This document shows, piece by piece, positions 49,514 through 60,219 of a DNA stretch of 64,000 nt; the first letter of the stretch is position 1; each line of letters starts with the position of its first letter. The notes under the pieces were generated by a model. It worked only from the letters and a program-made list of their open reading frames with translations, did no database searches and was not told the DNA's origin. A program made the position numbers and the translations under genes. The DNA lies in the NCBI GenBank assembly GCA_028714095.1, contig JAQTMY010000002.1:14636-78635 (forward strand), written 5' to 3'. The DNA is from Candidatus Nanoarchaeia archaeon. Its GTDB lineage: Archaea > Nanobdellota > Nanobdellia > SCGC-AAA011-G17 > JACPNG01.

Positions 49514-50079
49514 ACGACCAGATAAGAAAAGATATAATAAAGATAATCGATGAAGCTTTGTCTGCTATAGACAAAAAAGATATTTCTGCTATAAAAGAGA
49601 GTTCTAACCATACAATTCATGATGCAACTACAAATCAGGACGATAATTCTGCAGGTATAGCTGTAATAATATATTCTATATATAAAATATTTAATAATCC
49701 GGAATTGACTAAGCATAAACGATGGCCAAGATTCCTTAAGGACTTAAGATTATATCTGAACAAGGCAAAACAGGCCCTTGAAAGAAATGACTTTAAAAAA
49801 TATAATAAATTTACATCCATGATAATAAGGAGCATGTCCAGAATTGATTCTAAACTTGGAACCTACATTGCTTCTGTTATAGAAAATGCAAAAATCAAAA
49901 AAGGTTCTAAAATTTATGAGCATGGAGTTTCTGCTTCAAGAGCAGCAGAGATATTAGGGATAACTCCCTGGGAGCTTATGAATTATATTGGTAGTGTAAA
50001 CATCTCAGATGAACAACCAATTATCACCAAAAAAACTAAGGAGAGGTTAGAGTATACAAGATCTTTATTTAAAATATGA
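49510..50079 (+). CDS. Hypothetical protein (the start was trimmed to MNDQIRKD)
   Basis: ORF. The C-terminus is GITPWELMNYIG and possibly HTH-like. Confidence 0.3.
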   Translation: MNDQIRKDIIKIIDEALSAIDKKDISAIKESSNHTIHDATTNQDDNSAGIAVIIYSIYKIFNNPELTKHKRWPRFLKDLRLYLNKAKQALERNDFKKYNKFTSMIIRSMSRIDSKLGTYIASVIENAKIKKGSKIYEHGVSASRAAEILGITPWELMNYIGSVNISDEQPIITKKTKERLEYTRSLFKI

Positions 50080-50783
50080 AATCCATAGTATTTGACTCAA
50101 GTACAATCATAAGTATTGCAACAAATAATTTATTGAAAACTCTTTTAAGATTAAAAGAAAAATTCAATGGCCAATTTTATATCCCTGAAGGTGCAAAAGA
50201 AGAGATAATCCTAAAGCCACTTAGTTCCAGAAGGTTTAAACTAGAGGCGATGCAGGTTTTGTCAGAAGTTGGTAGCGGAGTCATAGAGATTTATTCAAAC
50301 CCAAGAGTTAAGGAAAGAGCAAAACAGTTACTAGATAGAGCCAACAATTTAATAAAAGCAAGAGGGAACTGGGTAACAATTGTTGATGAAACAGACATGG
50401 AAGCCCTCGCTCTAGCAGAATATCTTAATGCAGATGCTCTCGCAGTTGATGAAAGAACAATAAGATTATTAGTTGAGGATCCTCCGGCAATAGCTAATCT
50501 TTTCGAGAATAAGCTGCATACTAAAGTAGAGGTAAATCAAAACAATTTGAATTTCTTTAAAGATGAACTTAAAAAAGTAAAGATAGTAAGATCTACAGAA
50601 TTAATGACTGTTGCTTTCGAACTTGGAATTTTGGATGAATATACAACATCAGATGAATTAAATATAGTTAAGATAGACCTTAGAAAAAATCTCTTAGAAG
50701 GGCTATTGTGGGGCCTTAAATTAAACGGATGTGCTATTTCTGAAGATGAGATAAATGATATTATTAAGAGCTCCTTGAAGTAG
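50076..50783 (+). CDS. PIN-domain-like protein
   Basis: N-terminal IVFDSSTII and TIVDETDMEALALAEYL...AVDERT acidic residues. Confidence 0.35.
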   Translation: MKSIVFDSSTIISIATNNLLKTLLRLKEKFNGQFYIPEGAKEEIILKPLSSRRFKLEAMQVLSEVGSGVIEIYSNPRVKERAKQLLDRANNLIKARGNWVTIVDETDMEALALAEYLNADALAVDERTIRLLVEDPPAIANLFENKLHTKVEVNQNNLNFFKDELKKVKIVRSTELMTVAFELGILDEYTTSDELNIVKIDLRKNLLEGLLWGLKLNGCAISEDEINDIIKSSLK

Positions 50784-50831
50784 CTGAAAAGCAAAAATTT
50801 ATATAATTGGCCTTAGTTTTCTAAATTGTAA

Positions 50832-50905
50832 GGGGGCGTAGCACAACCCGGCTAGTGTAATCGGCTCCAGACCGATTGATCCAGGTTCAAATCCTGGCGT
50901 CCCCA
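50832..50905 (+). tRNA. tRNA-Trp (anticodon CCA)
   Basis: GGGGGCGTAGCACAACCCGGCTAGTGTAATCGGCTCCAGACCGAT...CCAGGTTCAAATCCTGGCGTCCCCA. The anticodon loop is CTCCAGA. Confidence 0.8.
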
Positions 50906-51051
50906 TTCTTAACTGCTTATTTGGCCATTTGGTTAGGGATTCTTAAAATCTTATACCATTATAAAGTAACAACAAAATAGAAAGATTTATAAATAATTCA
51001 TTATCTAATAATGGTAACTATATTTCATGAAATACAAATTGGAGGCCCAAA

Positions 51052-52428
51052 ATGTTAGATTTTAAAAAAATAATGCTTTTCCTAGCAGTTTTACTTATTA
51101 CACTAACTTCAGCCTTGGCTGACATTGGAATAGGTAATAATGGAGACTGTTCAGGTATAGACAATACAGACCTTATGACTCAAGGTAATATTCTTACTAA
51201 TGGTTGGAATTCCCTTAATCAGGTAATGTTAAAGGGCGAAACTCATTCAGTAACCTTTACTAATATATATAATGGAAATTCTTATCCAGTTACAATAGAT
51301 TACCAAGTATTTTACTGCACAGGATATGGACTAACCCACTGTGATAACTTTATGTATAGTAATTCTGTAACAATCCAGCCCGGTGAAACTCTAAGTGAAT
51401 TTCCTATTTCATTTACTCCATGGAGTATAGGAACTTATCAGTTAGATTGGAGAACAAGCGACAGCTCATCTGAACTATCAGATGGATGTACTTTCTGGGC
51501 TTACATGGTAGAAGTTTATCCAAGAAGAAATGAATGCACTCCCGGAACTGTTCAGACAAAACAATGCGGAACAAGTACTGGGGTATGTGAATATGGCTAC
51601 CAAGAAAGAACCTGTAATATTAAAGGAAAATGGAGTGTTTGGAGTGAATGTATTGGAGCGGTTAATCCTACAGAAGAAATATGCGGAGATGGTTTAGATA
51701 ATGATTGTAATGGCCAGACAGATGAAAATTGTGAAATAGTATGTAATAATGATGACGACTGTGGAACATCTGGTCCGGTTGGAGATGCCTACTGTTTTGG
51801 TAACTACTTATATCAGGATTATATATATAATGTCTGCATCTGCCCAGGAGCAATAGATTCATATTGTGATAGTTGGCCATGGAGCTATGAGCTACAGAAA
51901 TGCACATACGGTTGTTTCAATGGTGAATGTTTAGGGCCTAGTTATGCATGTTCAGATGATGTTGATAATGATGGGGATTTATTAATCGATGAGAATGACC
52001 CCGGATGCCACACAGATTTAAATCCAGACAATCCAGATTCATATGATCCATATGATAATGATGAATCAAATATAGTAGATGATACAGAACCAGTGATAAG
52101 TTACTGTGATTCTTCAGAATTCAATGTATTTAGTTTCTTCCCATACGAAGAGGAAGGAGCTCCAGGAGATACCTTAGAACTTTTAATTAAGGTAAAAAAT
52201 AACGGTTGCTTTGATGAAAAGAAAGTTATGGTTAAAGTCCAGGATTTAAACACAGGATACCAGGATATTATAACCTCAAGCACAAAACTACAGAGATTTG
52301 AAAGCACTTGGTTTGACTATATGTTCGAAATTCCTAGGGATCAGGACTCAGGAGAACAGATACTTAAAATCGTCGTAGGCAATGATAATAACGAAGTTTA
52401 TGGTTACCAAACCTACTTCGTATTTTAA
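51052..52428 (+). CDS. Secreted Cys-rich protein with a MopE-like putative metal-binding motif
   Basis: A signal peptide and CGDGLDNDCNGQTDENC (DxDxDG-type motif). Confidence 0.55.
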   Translation: MLDFKKIMLFLAVLLITLTSALADIGIGNNGDCSGIDNTDLMTQGNILTNGWNSLNQVMLKGETHSVTFTNIYNGNSYPVTIDYQVFYCTGYGLTHCDNFMYSNSVTIQPGETLSEFPISFTPWSIGTYQLDWRTSDSSSELSDGCTFWAYMVEVYPRRNECTPGTVQTKQCGTSTGVCEYGYQERTCNIKGKWSVWSECIGAVNPTEEICGDGLDNDCNGQTDENCEIVCNNDDDCGTSGPVGDAYCFGNYLYQDYIYNVCICPGAIDSYCDSWPWSYELQKCTYGCFNGECLGPSYACSDDVDNDGDLLIDENDPGCHTDLNPDNPDSYDPYDNDESNIVDDTEPVISYCDSSEFNVFSFFPYEEEGAPGDTLELLIKVKNNGCFDEKKVMVKVQDLNTGYQDIITSSTKLQRFESTWFDYMFEIPRDQDSGEQILKIVVGNDNNEVYGYQTYFVF

Positions 52429-52538
52429 TTTTTTTAATTCTTTTATCTTTTATTTTTAATATCCTTTTTAGAATATACGGTTTCTATATAATAAATGTTT
52501 AAATACTATCCCAACTCCCGAATGATAACAAAATATTA

Positions 52539-53828
52539 ATGGTCAAGGGGGTAATTATGATGAAAAAGCTAGGTTTGATAACCTTTTCATTGGCTTTGGT
52601 AGTTTTCTTAGCTGTATCTGTAACAGCAGCAGACTATGAAGTTAATGAAGTAAAAATTGATGGGATTACAATTGATTCAGGAAAAACAGTTTATGCAGAG
52701 ACAGACAGTGAACTAGAAATTGAAGTCTTTATACTATATGAAACAGGAACCAAAACCTATGATGATGTTAAAGTTAAAGCCTGGGTTGGGGGTTATGAAT
52801 ATGGAGATGTTGAAGAAACAACCGAACCATTTACCGTTGAACCAGGAGTGTCATACAGAAAGGTTTTGAAATTAGCTCTTCCTGATGATATGGAAGGTAA
52901 CGCAGATTACAAACTTCATGTGCAGGTTTATGACTCAGAAGAAGTTGCTGATGACTACACCTATCCACTTGAATTAAGAGTTCAAGCAAGAAGACACTCA
53001 TTAAAAATTCAGGATGTAATAATAAGACCTGGATCCAGTGTTGAGTCTGGAAATCCTTTGTTTGTTACAGTAAGAGTTGAGAACCTTGGACAAAAGAAGG
53101 AAGAAGACATCAGGGTTTCTTTGTCAATTCCAGAACTAGGAATTTCAGCAAGAGACTATATTGATGAATTAACTGCTAATGAAGATGCAGATTCTGCTGA
53201 AGACAATGAAGATGAAGAAGACTCAGCTTCAAGCGATGAATTATATTTGAGAATACCTGAAAATACATTACCAGGAACCTATACCCTTAATGTAAATGTA
53301 GACTACAACAGGGGAACAGATATGGTTTCAACCACAAAAACAATAACTGTAGTAAAGCCAGAAGAAGAAGTTGTTGCTGAAGAAAAACCACTAGTTAATT
53401 TTGATTCAACTTCAAATACAGCTGCTGTTGGTGAAGAAGTAGCATATAAAGTAACAATTGCTAACCTAAACCAAGAATCTGGGATTTACTCTGTTGAAGT
53501 GGATGGAGAAAGCTTATTTGCTAACTCAAGAATTGATCCAGTATTTGTTGTAGTTCCTGGAAAAGGTTCAGCTTCAATAAATATATATCTAACAGCTAAG
53601 GACTCAGCATCAGCTGGCCAACATCCTTTTGTTGTTAAGGTATTAAAGTCTGGAGAGTTAGTAAGAGAAGCTTCATTAACTCTTGAAGTTAAAGAAGCAG
53701 AAAAACCAGTATCAACTCAAAGCTACTTGGTAATAGGATTTATCGTATTGGTTGTAATCCTTATTATCTTAGGTATTGCAGTTTTGGTTGGTAGAGGTAA
53801 AGCAGAAGAACCAAGGCAATATTACTAA
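52539..53828 (+). CDS. Cell-surface (S-layer/CARDB-like) protein with a C-terminal TM anchor
   Basis: A signal peptide, beta-rich repeats, an acidic linker, and a C-terminal TM helix followed by GRGKAEEPRQYY. Confidence 0.5.
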   Translation: MVKGVIMMKKLGLITFSLALVVFLAVSVTAADYEVNEVKIDGITIDSGKTVYAETDSELEIEVFILYETGTKTYDDVKVKAWVGGYEYGDVEETTEPFTVEPGVSYRKVLKLALPDDMEGNADYKLHVQVYDSEEVADDYTYPLELRVQARRHSLKIQDVIIRPGSSVESGNPLFVTVRVENLGQKKEEDIRVSLSIPELGISARDYIDELTANEDADSAEDNEDEEDSASSDELYLRIPENTLPGTYTLNVNVDYNRGTDMVSTTKTITVVKPEEEVVAEEKPLVNFDSTSNTAAVGEEVAYKVTIANLNQESGIYSVEVDGESLFANSRIDPVFVVVPGKGSASINIYLTAKDSASAGQHPFVVKVLKSGELVREASLTLEVKEAEKPVSTQSYLVIGFIVLVVILIILGIAVLVGRGKAEEPRQYY

Positions 53829-53842
53829 GCCTTTTTTCTTTT

Positions 53843-54583
53843 TTATTTTTTAGCTATTTTCCACAATAATTCAAAGTGTTTTTTATAAGAATTTGCTATT
53901 GTTTCATTCTCAATTATTATAGTAGTTATGGGTTTAGCAAAATCAATTATAGCTACCTTGTCTCCATAAATCATAGTTCTTGCAGGGGGTAGATATTCCT
54001 CTTCAAGAAATCTAATTTCAGCAGTGGTATTTGGAGAACTAAAGCCTTTTTTAAAGAGTAACTTAGTTTTAAATTTATGTTTCTTTGCAGTATTAATGTA
54101 TTTATTTAATGCACTCGGCATATGCTCAACGTAAGGATCTATATCAGTTCCAAATCCATAATTGGTAATTCCTTTTTTTCCTGCTTCTAATATTTCATTT
54201 AATACTATTTTTGGTCCTTGAGTTCCAGTATAAACTATTGTTTGATTATGTTCTTTTTTGTCTCTTTTTGATTCTATTAAAGGGAGGATTTTTTTAATTT
54301 CTTGTTGAGATTCTGAAATCTCTTCTTTTTTATCTTCTAAAAAATCAATTAATCTTTCTGGAGGAGTTGCATCATAGTGCTTAACCCCATTTTTTATTAT
54401 GAATGAAACAAGACCTTTAGTTTGTAATCTTTGAAGAACTTCATAAACCTTGGAGCTGGCGATGTTCGCTTTTTTTGTTATCTTACCTGTAGAACATAAT
54501 CCTAACTCTACCAAGGCCTCATAAACCTGGCTTTCTCCTTCAGTCAGCCCTATTTTTATTAGAGCTTGTTTTAAGTTCATCAT
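53843..54583 (-). CDS. TrmB-family transcriptional regulator (second paralog)
   Basis: LGLCSTGKITKKANIASSKVYEVLQRLQTKGLVSF. Confidence 0.7.
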   Translation of the reverse strand: MMNLKQALIKIGLTEGESQVYEALVELGLCSTGKITKKANIASSKVYEVLQRLQTKGLVSFIIKNGVKHYDATPPERLIDFLEDKKEEISESQQEIKKILPLIESKRDKKEHNQTIVYTGTQGPKIVLNEILEAGKKGITNYGFGTDIDPYVEHMPSALNKYINTAKKHKFKTKLLFKKGFSSPNTTAEIRFLEEEYLPPARTMIYGDKVAIIDFAKPITTIIIENETIANSYKKHFELLWKIAKK

Positions 54584-54698
54584 CCCAAGTTATTTTTTCT
54601 GTTTAAATATTTTTCCCTAATGAGGGGGGGGTAAAATATAAAAATGGCAGGTATTGCCTATGGAGTAATAATTAATCAAAAAGGTAAATGGAGCTAAA

Positions 54699-55274
54699 AT
54701 GGGTAAGAAAGATTATGATACTAACTTAGATCAAATCAATCTAGCTAGGGAGGATCCTGTCCTCTATAAAGTACTGAATGAATATCAACAGCATAACTAT
54801 CTAGATGATTTACGCCCAAAAGGTAAAAAGTTCAACGAAAGATCCCCCCTTGGCAATGAGTTAAGTATAAATTATCAAATTGAAAACATCCAAGCTTGCC
54901 TAATCTTTGAACTCGGACTTGATTCTCTTAGAATTACCCCCAATTTCCCTAATTTATTACACGGACCTTTTTCTTTTGCAAGCCTTAACCCAAAGCAGGG
55001 TCAACAAAAAAATACCATCGATTTTTATGTAATCGCATTTGAACCGTATTTATATGGGGAGGTTTTAATCTCAGGAGTTTCAGATCAATGGATTGCAGAG
55101 ATCTTAAAAAGGGGGGCATTTGTAAAGGAGATTGAATTAGCTATCCAGAGGAAGAATCAATTATTAGATGAATATCGAACCAGTTCTGATTGCAATAATA
55201 AGAGAGACATTTTGAGGACTTGCACTCATAGTGTTGAAACACTTTGTTTAGAACATCTTATCGGAGAAAAATAG
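54699..55274 (+). CDS. Hypothetical protein
   Basis: ORF only. Confidence 0.3.
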   Translation: MGKKDYDTNLDQINLAREDPVLYKVLNEYQQHNYLDDLRPKGKKFNERSPLGNELSINYQIENIQACLIFELGLDSLRITPNFPNLLHGPFSFASLNPKQGQQKNTIDFYVIAFEPYLYGEVLISGVSDQWIAEILKRGAFVKEIELAIQRKNQLLDEYRTSSDCNNKRDILRTCTHSVETLCLEHLIGEK

Positions 55275-55289
55275 AGAAAACTTACAAGA

Positions 55290-58200
55290 TTATACTTTTA
55301 AACTTACAATTTTAGTTACACCCTCTTGCATTGAGACACCATAAAGACGGTCAGCTTCTGTAATAATAGAATCATTGTGTGAAACAACAATGTACTGGGC
55401 ATTTCCTGCATATTTGGCAATTAGCTTGCTTAATAATGTGGAATTTCTTTTATCCAATGCAGCGTCAACCTCATCCAATAGATAAAATGATGCCGGACTA
55501 TACTCCTGTATGGCAAATATGAACGATAATGCTGTCAAAGTTTTTTCCCCTCCAGATAGGGATTTAAGATCCATGAATTTGTTTCCTGCTAACTTGACTT
55601 TTATCTGCACCCCGCTTTCAAATATATTTTCTTCGTCTTCTATCTCTAGATGGGCCTCTCCTTTTGTTGACAATGAAGCAAATATCCTTTTGAAATTTTC
55701 TGCTAATGCCTTGTAGGTTTTCATAAACAGGGATTTTTTCTTTCCTTCTATCTCCTGCATCAGAGTAAATATATCTTCTTTCTCAGATTTTAAGACTTCG
55801 GCTTTTTCCATAATCTTTTCATATTCTTCATTTACCTTGTCATAAACCTCTAAGGCCCTCATGTTAATATTCCCTAACTGGCTCATCAATCCCTCAAATT
55901 TCTTGATCTCAAATTTAAGCTCCTCAATCTCAACACCTTTTCTTAATGAAATATCAGTATACTGGACAAATTCCTGGTTTATTGATTCTAATTCAGCAAC
56001 AATTTTTGCCCTGTCTATATTTATATTATTAATCCTGAACTCAATACCCTTTATTTTTTCTTCTTCCCTAAGCAAGAACCCTTCTTTTTTGTTTATTACC
56101 TGATCAATCATATTTCTTTTATTGAACAAGTTTCTGAAAGTATTATAGAATTCCTTCTCAGTTTTTTCTTTCTCCTTAAGTGCACCAGCTCCATCTGAAA
56201 GTTTTTTGTTTAATTCTTCAATCTCTGTCTTAAATGATTCCAATTCTTTTCCTGAATCTATTATTATCTTCTGTATCTTTTCTTTTTCCCTAAGATAAAT
56301 ATCTTTTATCTGGACATCAAATCCTTCAATATCAGCATTTATTTTTAGTATCTTGGAAGTAATTTCCTCCTTCTTGCTCTCCAATTCATTTATTTGTTCT
56401 GTTTCCTTCAGATTCTTCGTTTTTTCAATAATAATTGTTTTTTGTTCTTTTAATTTTTCAAGCTCCTGGGATTTAATCTTAATTTTCCCTTCTATTTCAG
56501 CTATCTCTTTAATAGTTAAATTAAAATCTTGGATAATCTGTTTTTGTTTCTGTCCTATTTCATCTAAGTCTTTTCCACCAGTTAATTTTTCAAGTTTAAT
56601 GATATCTGCCTCTAATCCTGATTTTGTATTTTTTAATTCGTAAATTTTGTTTTCATTCTCAACTCTTTTTTGGTCAAGCAAGGTAACAGTTTCTTTTAGT
56701 CTATTAATAGTTTCCTCTATTTTTGTAATATCATTTGAAAGGTCTCTTTCCTTGAATGCTCCGGATGGTTTTCTATACCCTCCCACCATTGCTCCGCTGC
56801 TTTCTACTAAATCCCCTTCTAAGGTAACCATCCTTATCTCTCCAACTCCAATCTTTCTCGCATTGTTTAAATTGTCTACAACAAGGGTTGAGCCAAAAGT
56901 ATAGGAGAATATGTCCTTGTATTTCTGGTTAAACTTTACCAGGTCAATAGCAAAACCAACAACCCCATTGTTGTTGACAAACTGCTTATGTGTGTTAGTT
57001 ATTTGATTCCCCTGTATCTTGTTCAATGGAAAGAAGGTTACAACCCCGGCCTTTATTTTTTTCAGATGCTCAATGCACTCCTGGGCAATTTTATCATCAT
57101 CAACAACTATACTGTTTAATCTTGGACCAGCAGCAACAGATAAAGCCTGATTATATTTTGGATCTACCTCACCAAGATCAGAAACCACCCCATGAACCCC
57201 TTTTTTCTTTAGATCTAATATATTCTTTATAGCCAGACTTTGCTGGGAGAAAGCGCATTGTGTTATCTGCCTTGCATTGAGCCTTGCTAAATCGTTATTG
57301 CTGTTTACTAAATTTTCCCTTGCCTTTGCCAGCTGGCTGTTTATCTTGGAACTTTCATTTAGCTCTTTTGTAAGATCAATTGTTATCTGCTTGAAACTCT
57401 TCTTCAAGTCTAAAATATTAATCAAACTTTCTTTGGATTCATCAGCATTAAGCATGGTTTTTTGATAGTCTATATTATCTTTCTTTCTTAACAACTGCTG
57501 TTGTCTGTCTTTTAACAATTCAATATCAACCAAAACCCTGTCAAAATTCTTCTCTACTTCCTCAAGGTTTCCAACCCCTGTAAGCTTACTCTTAACCTGA
57601 GCAAGTTCTTTTTTTACTTTTTCTTCATCTGTCTTCAATAGGTTTTTTTGTTTTTCCAAACTTATCTTATTTTTACGAAGTTCATCTATTTTTTCTTCAA
57701 TGTCTTTTATATTTTTAACAAGCTGGGTTTTTCTGTTATTTATTTTTGTTACTTCACTCTCGCAGACCTCTTTTCTTGACCTGTCTTTTGTTAAAGAAAT
57801 CTTTAGGTCTTCAATATCTGAATGTAGTCTTTTCTGTTCTATTTCTCCTTTTTCTTCAATGTGTTTGTTTATATTTTCAATTTCCTGCTTCTTGGATTCT
57901 ACCTCTGTTTTTAACTCAAGTATTTTTTTTCTAATACTTTCCATTTCATCCTGGTTAGATTTTAATTTTTTGTCTATATCTTCTTTTTTCTCTTCCTTCT
58001 CTTTAATCTGCATATGTAAGTATGTTGCCTTGTTTCTTTGTATATTCCCTTCCAATTCCTTGTATTTTAAGGCCTGATCCCTGTCTTTTTTTAATTCTCT
58101 TAAATTAATTTCTTTTTCATGAAGGATTATTTTGGCTTCATTTAGTTTTTCCTCAACCCTGTTTAATTCTAATAAGGATTTTTGTTTTTTTTCCTCATAA

Positions 58201-58709
58201 ACTCCTATTCCAGAAACCTCTTCGATAATTTCCCTTCTTTGCTCAGGTCTCATCTCCATAAACCTTATTATGTCCCCCTGTAAAACAATATTATGTCCAT
58301 CAGGATCTATCCTTGCATGGCTAAGTATATCCAGAACCTGTTGTCTTGTAACAACATCATCCATTATTCTGTATACGGAGTTTCCGTTTGGTTTAACCAC
58401 CCTTGTTATGGTTATTTCCTTTTCCTTTAATGGAAAGATTTTATTTGAGTTATCAAACACAATCGAGACCTCTGCCTCTTTTGAGGGGCTTCCCTTTTTG
58501 CCCCCATTATAGATTAGATGTGAGGACTTCTCAGCTCTCATCCCTTTTGCAGAGCTCTTACCAAGAACAAAACATAAAGCATCAACAATGTTGCTTTTAC
58601 CAGAACCGTTTGGACCAAGAATACAGTTGAATTTTTCTCCGAAAGGAATCTCTGTTTTTTTAGCAAAAGACTTGAATCCGTGTGCAGTCATGGATTTTAT
58701 TAGTGTCAT
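55290..58709 (-). CDS. smc: Chromosome segregation protein SMC
   Basis: N-terminal Walker A FNCILGPNGSGKSN, long coiled coils and a hinge, and C-terminal LSGGEKTLTAL with Walker B LLDEVDAALD. Confidence 0.9.
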   Translation of the reverse strand: MTLIKSMTAHGFKSFAKKTEIPFGEKFNCILGPNGSGKSNIVDALCFVLGKSSAKGMRAEKSSHLIYNGGKKGSPSKEAEVSIVFDNSNKIFPLKEKEITITRVVKPNGNSVYRIMDDVVTRQQVLDILSHARIDPDGHNIVLQGDIIRFMEMRPEQRREIIEEVSGIGVYEEKKQKSLLELNRVEEKLNEAKIILHEKEINLRELKKDRDQALKYKELEGNIQRNKATYLHMQIKEKEEKKEDIDKKLKSNQDEMESIRKKILELKTEVESKKQEIENINKHIEEKGEIEQKRLHSDIEDLKISLTKDRSRKEVCESEVTKINNRKTQLVKNIKDIEEKIDELRKNKISLEKQKNLLKTDEEKVKKELAQVKSKLTGVGNLEEVEKNFDRVLVDIELLKDRQQQLLRKKDNIDYQKTMLNADESKESLINILDLKKSFKQITIDLTKELNESSKINSQLAKARENLVNSNNDLARLNARQITQCAFSQQSLAIKNILDLKKKGVHGVVSDLGEVDPKYNQALSVAAGPRLNSIVVDDDKIAQECIEHLKKIKAGVVTFFPLNKIQGNQITNTHKQFVNNNGVVGFAIDLVKFNQKYKDIFSYTFGSTLVVDNLNNARKIGVGEIRMVTLEGDLVESSGAMVGGYRKPSGAFKERDLSNDITKIEETINRLKETVTLLDQKRVENENKIYELKNTKSGLEADIIKLEKLTGGKDLDEIGQKQKQIIQDFNLTIKEIAEIEGKIKIKSQELEKLKEQKTIIIEKTKNLKETEQINELESKKEEITSKILKINADIEGFDVQIKDIYLREKEKIQKIIIDSGKELESFKTEIEELNKKLSDGAGALKEKEKTEKEFYNTFRNLFNKRNMIDQVINKKEGFLLREEEKIKGIEFRINNINIDRAKIVAELESINQEFVQYTDISLRKGVEIEELKFEIKKFEGLMSQLGNINMRALEVYDKVNEEYEKIMEKAEVLKSEKEDIFTLMQEIEGKKKSLFMKTYKALAENFKRIFASLSTKGEAHLEIEDEENIFESGVQIKVKLAGNKFMDLKSLSGGEKTLTALSFIFAIQEYSPASFYLLDEVDAALDKRNSTLLSKLIAKYAGNAQYIVVSHNDSIITEADRLYGVSMQEGVTKIVSLKV

Positions 58710-58780
58710 TTATTAACAAAGTTAAATTTTTATTTATAAACTTATTGCTTTTCTATTCTATTTTATATAGGTTATATCAT

Positions 58781-59461
58781 CTAGAACTCATCAAGGCTTT
58801 TTTGCTCTTTTTTGTTATTATGGTTTTTCCATGTTGCCCAGGTTCTCCTGAATATTTCTGGATGTTTCTCAAAATTCTTTTCCACATATTTTTGTGTTAT
58901 TGGATTTGAGCTGTATCCAGGTCCAAAATCCCCATATTTTTTCTTTAGCTCTTTAACAATGTCTTCCCTTGTTTCCTTAGCAATAATAGAAGCAGCACCA
59001 ACAATAAGATGATTGACATCTGCCTTATGCTCACAATGCAATGGCATCGCTTTATCATTAAGGTGTTTTCTCACATAATCCTCATAAGCCCTTACATTTG
59101 GAGAAGGACAATCCAGTATTACTTTTTCAGGTTTCATAAAGTTAATAATTTCAGCAGATTTTATTGCTTCTAACCAGTTTAGGTTTAGGTTATCTGATTC
59201 CAAAACCTCATCAATTTCTTTTGGCTCAACAATAACTATTTTGCTTGTTGTAATTTCCTGAATTTTTTTAAGTATTTGTTCTCTCCTCTTACTTGTTAAT
59301 AGCTTAGAGTCCTTAACTCCAATCTTTTTTAGTTCATCTAGTTTAGATTCATCAATCATACATCCTGCTATTATTAATGGACCGATTACCGGACCCCTTC
59401 CAGCTTCATCAATACCTAAAACATTCATAAAATCCCTTAGAAAAGGCTTATTTATAAACAT
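58781..59461 (-). CDS. rnhB: Ribonuclease HII
   Basis: GIDEAGRGPVIGPL at the N-terminus carries the DEDD catalytic residues. Confidence 0.85.
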   Translation of the reverse strand: MFINKPFLRDFMNVLGIDEAGRGPVIGPLIIAGCMIDESKLDELKKIGVKDSKLLTSKRREQILKKIQEITTSKIVIVEPKEIDEVLESDNLNLNWLEAIKSAEIINFMKPEKVILDCPSPNVRAYEDYVRKHLNDKAMPLHCEHKADVNHLIVGAASIIAKETREDIVKELKKKYGDFGPGYSSNPITQKYVEKNFEKHPEIFRRTWATWKNHNNKKEQKSLDEF

Positions 59462-59526
59462 TCCGAGATACCCTAAAATATTTTCAGCTATGTTTTGCTT
59501 ATCTTATTTAAGCTATTTTTTTAGTT

Positions 59527-60015
59527 ATGATTATGAAAATATTGAAAAAAGCCGGTTTATATCTTACTTTGTTATCTCTCCCTTATTTGGTTGGCTGTTC
59601 AAATTTAGAAGATAAGAGACAAGATGTTCTGAAAGAATTTAAGGAAAGTCCAAGGTACTATGAAAGAGACATAGATTCATTGATTAATGAATTATATAAG
59701 ATAAAAATCCAGGCAAATAAAGGGCATAATGTTAAGCCAGGATATGTAAACCCAAGCGATTTGTCTTTTATATATTCTAAATCCGGAGAAGGAGATTACT
59801 TAATGATAAGAAATTCTAATACAAACGAAACTCTAGAGTTAAGGTATATTGATGGTACAACTCAATTGGGGAATTTTAAGCATAGGCTTAGTGGTCTTAA
59901 AAAAGAAATCTCAAGGAAATTGTTTGATAATTCAGAGAGCCTACTGACTAAAATTGATAAGATAAGCGGAGAGGGAAAAAATCTTTTGTTTATTTTAGAT
60001 AATGGAGGTTTTTGA
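59527..60015 (+). CDS. Putative lipoprotein (signal peptide with lipobox LVGC)
   Basis: MIMKILKKAGLYLTLLSLPYLVGCSN. Confidence 0.5.
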   Translation: MIMKILKKAGLYLTLLSLPYLVGCSNLEDKRQDVLKEFKESPRYYERDIDSLINELYKIKIQANKGHNVKPGYVNPSDLSFIYSKSGEGDYLMIRNSNTNETLELRYIDGTTQLGNFKHRLSGLKKEISRKLFDNSESLLTKIDKISGEGKNLLFILDNGGF

Positions 60016-60219
60016 AATGAGCAAACTAGGAAAAATCATAAAGTATGGAATTGCAATGGGCTTGGCCTTTAAGATGGGTTCCTGTTATGGAGAATATAGG
60101 GCAGTTAAGGAATATAGGATGAGAGAACAAAGTAATGTTGTTGGAGCGCTTTTAGACAATTCAAATAAACTTGAATTAAAACTAAAGGATTATGATATTG
60201 TAAAAAGAAGTTGAAAGAA

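Noticed and set aside
55510-58630. Numerous 60-125 aa + strand ORFs inside the SMC gene
   Set aside because: They are antisense to an SMC whose coiled-coil Lys/Glu-rich composition is biased. The resulting low-complexity Ser/Phe/Leu-rich ORFs are artefacts.
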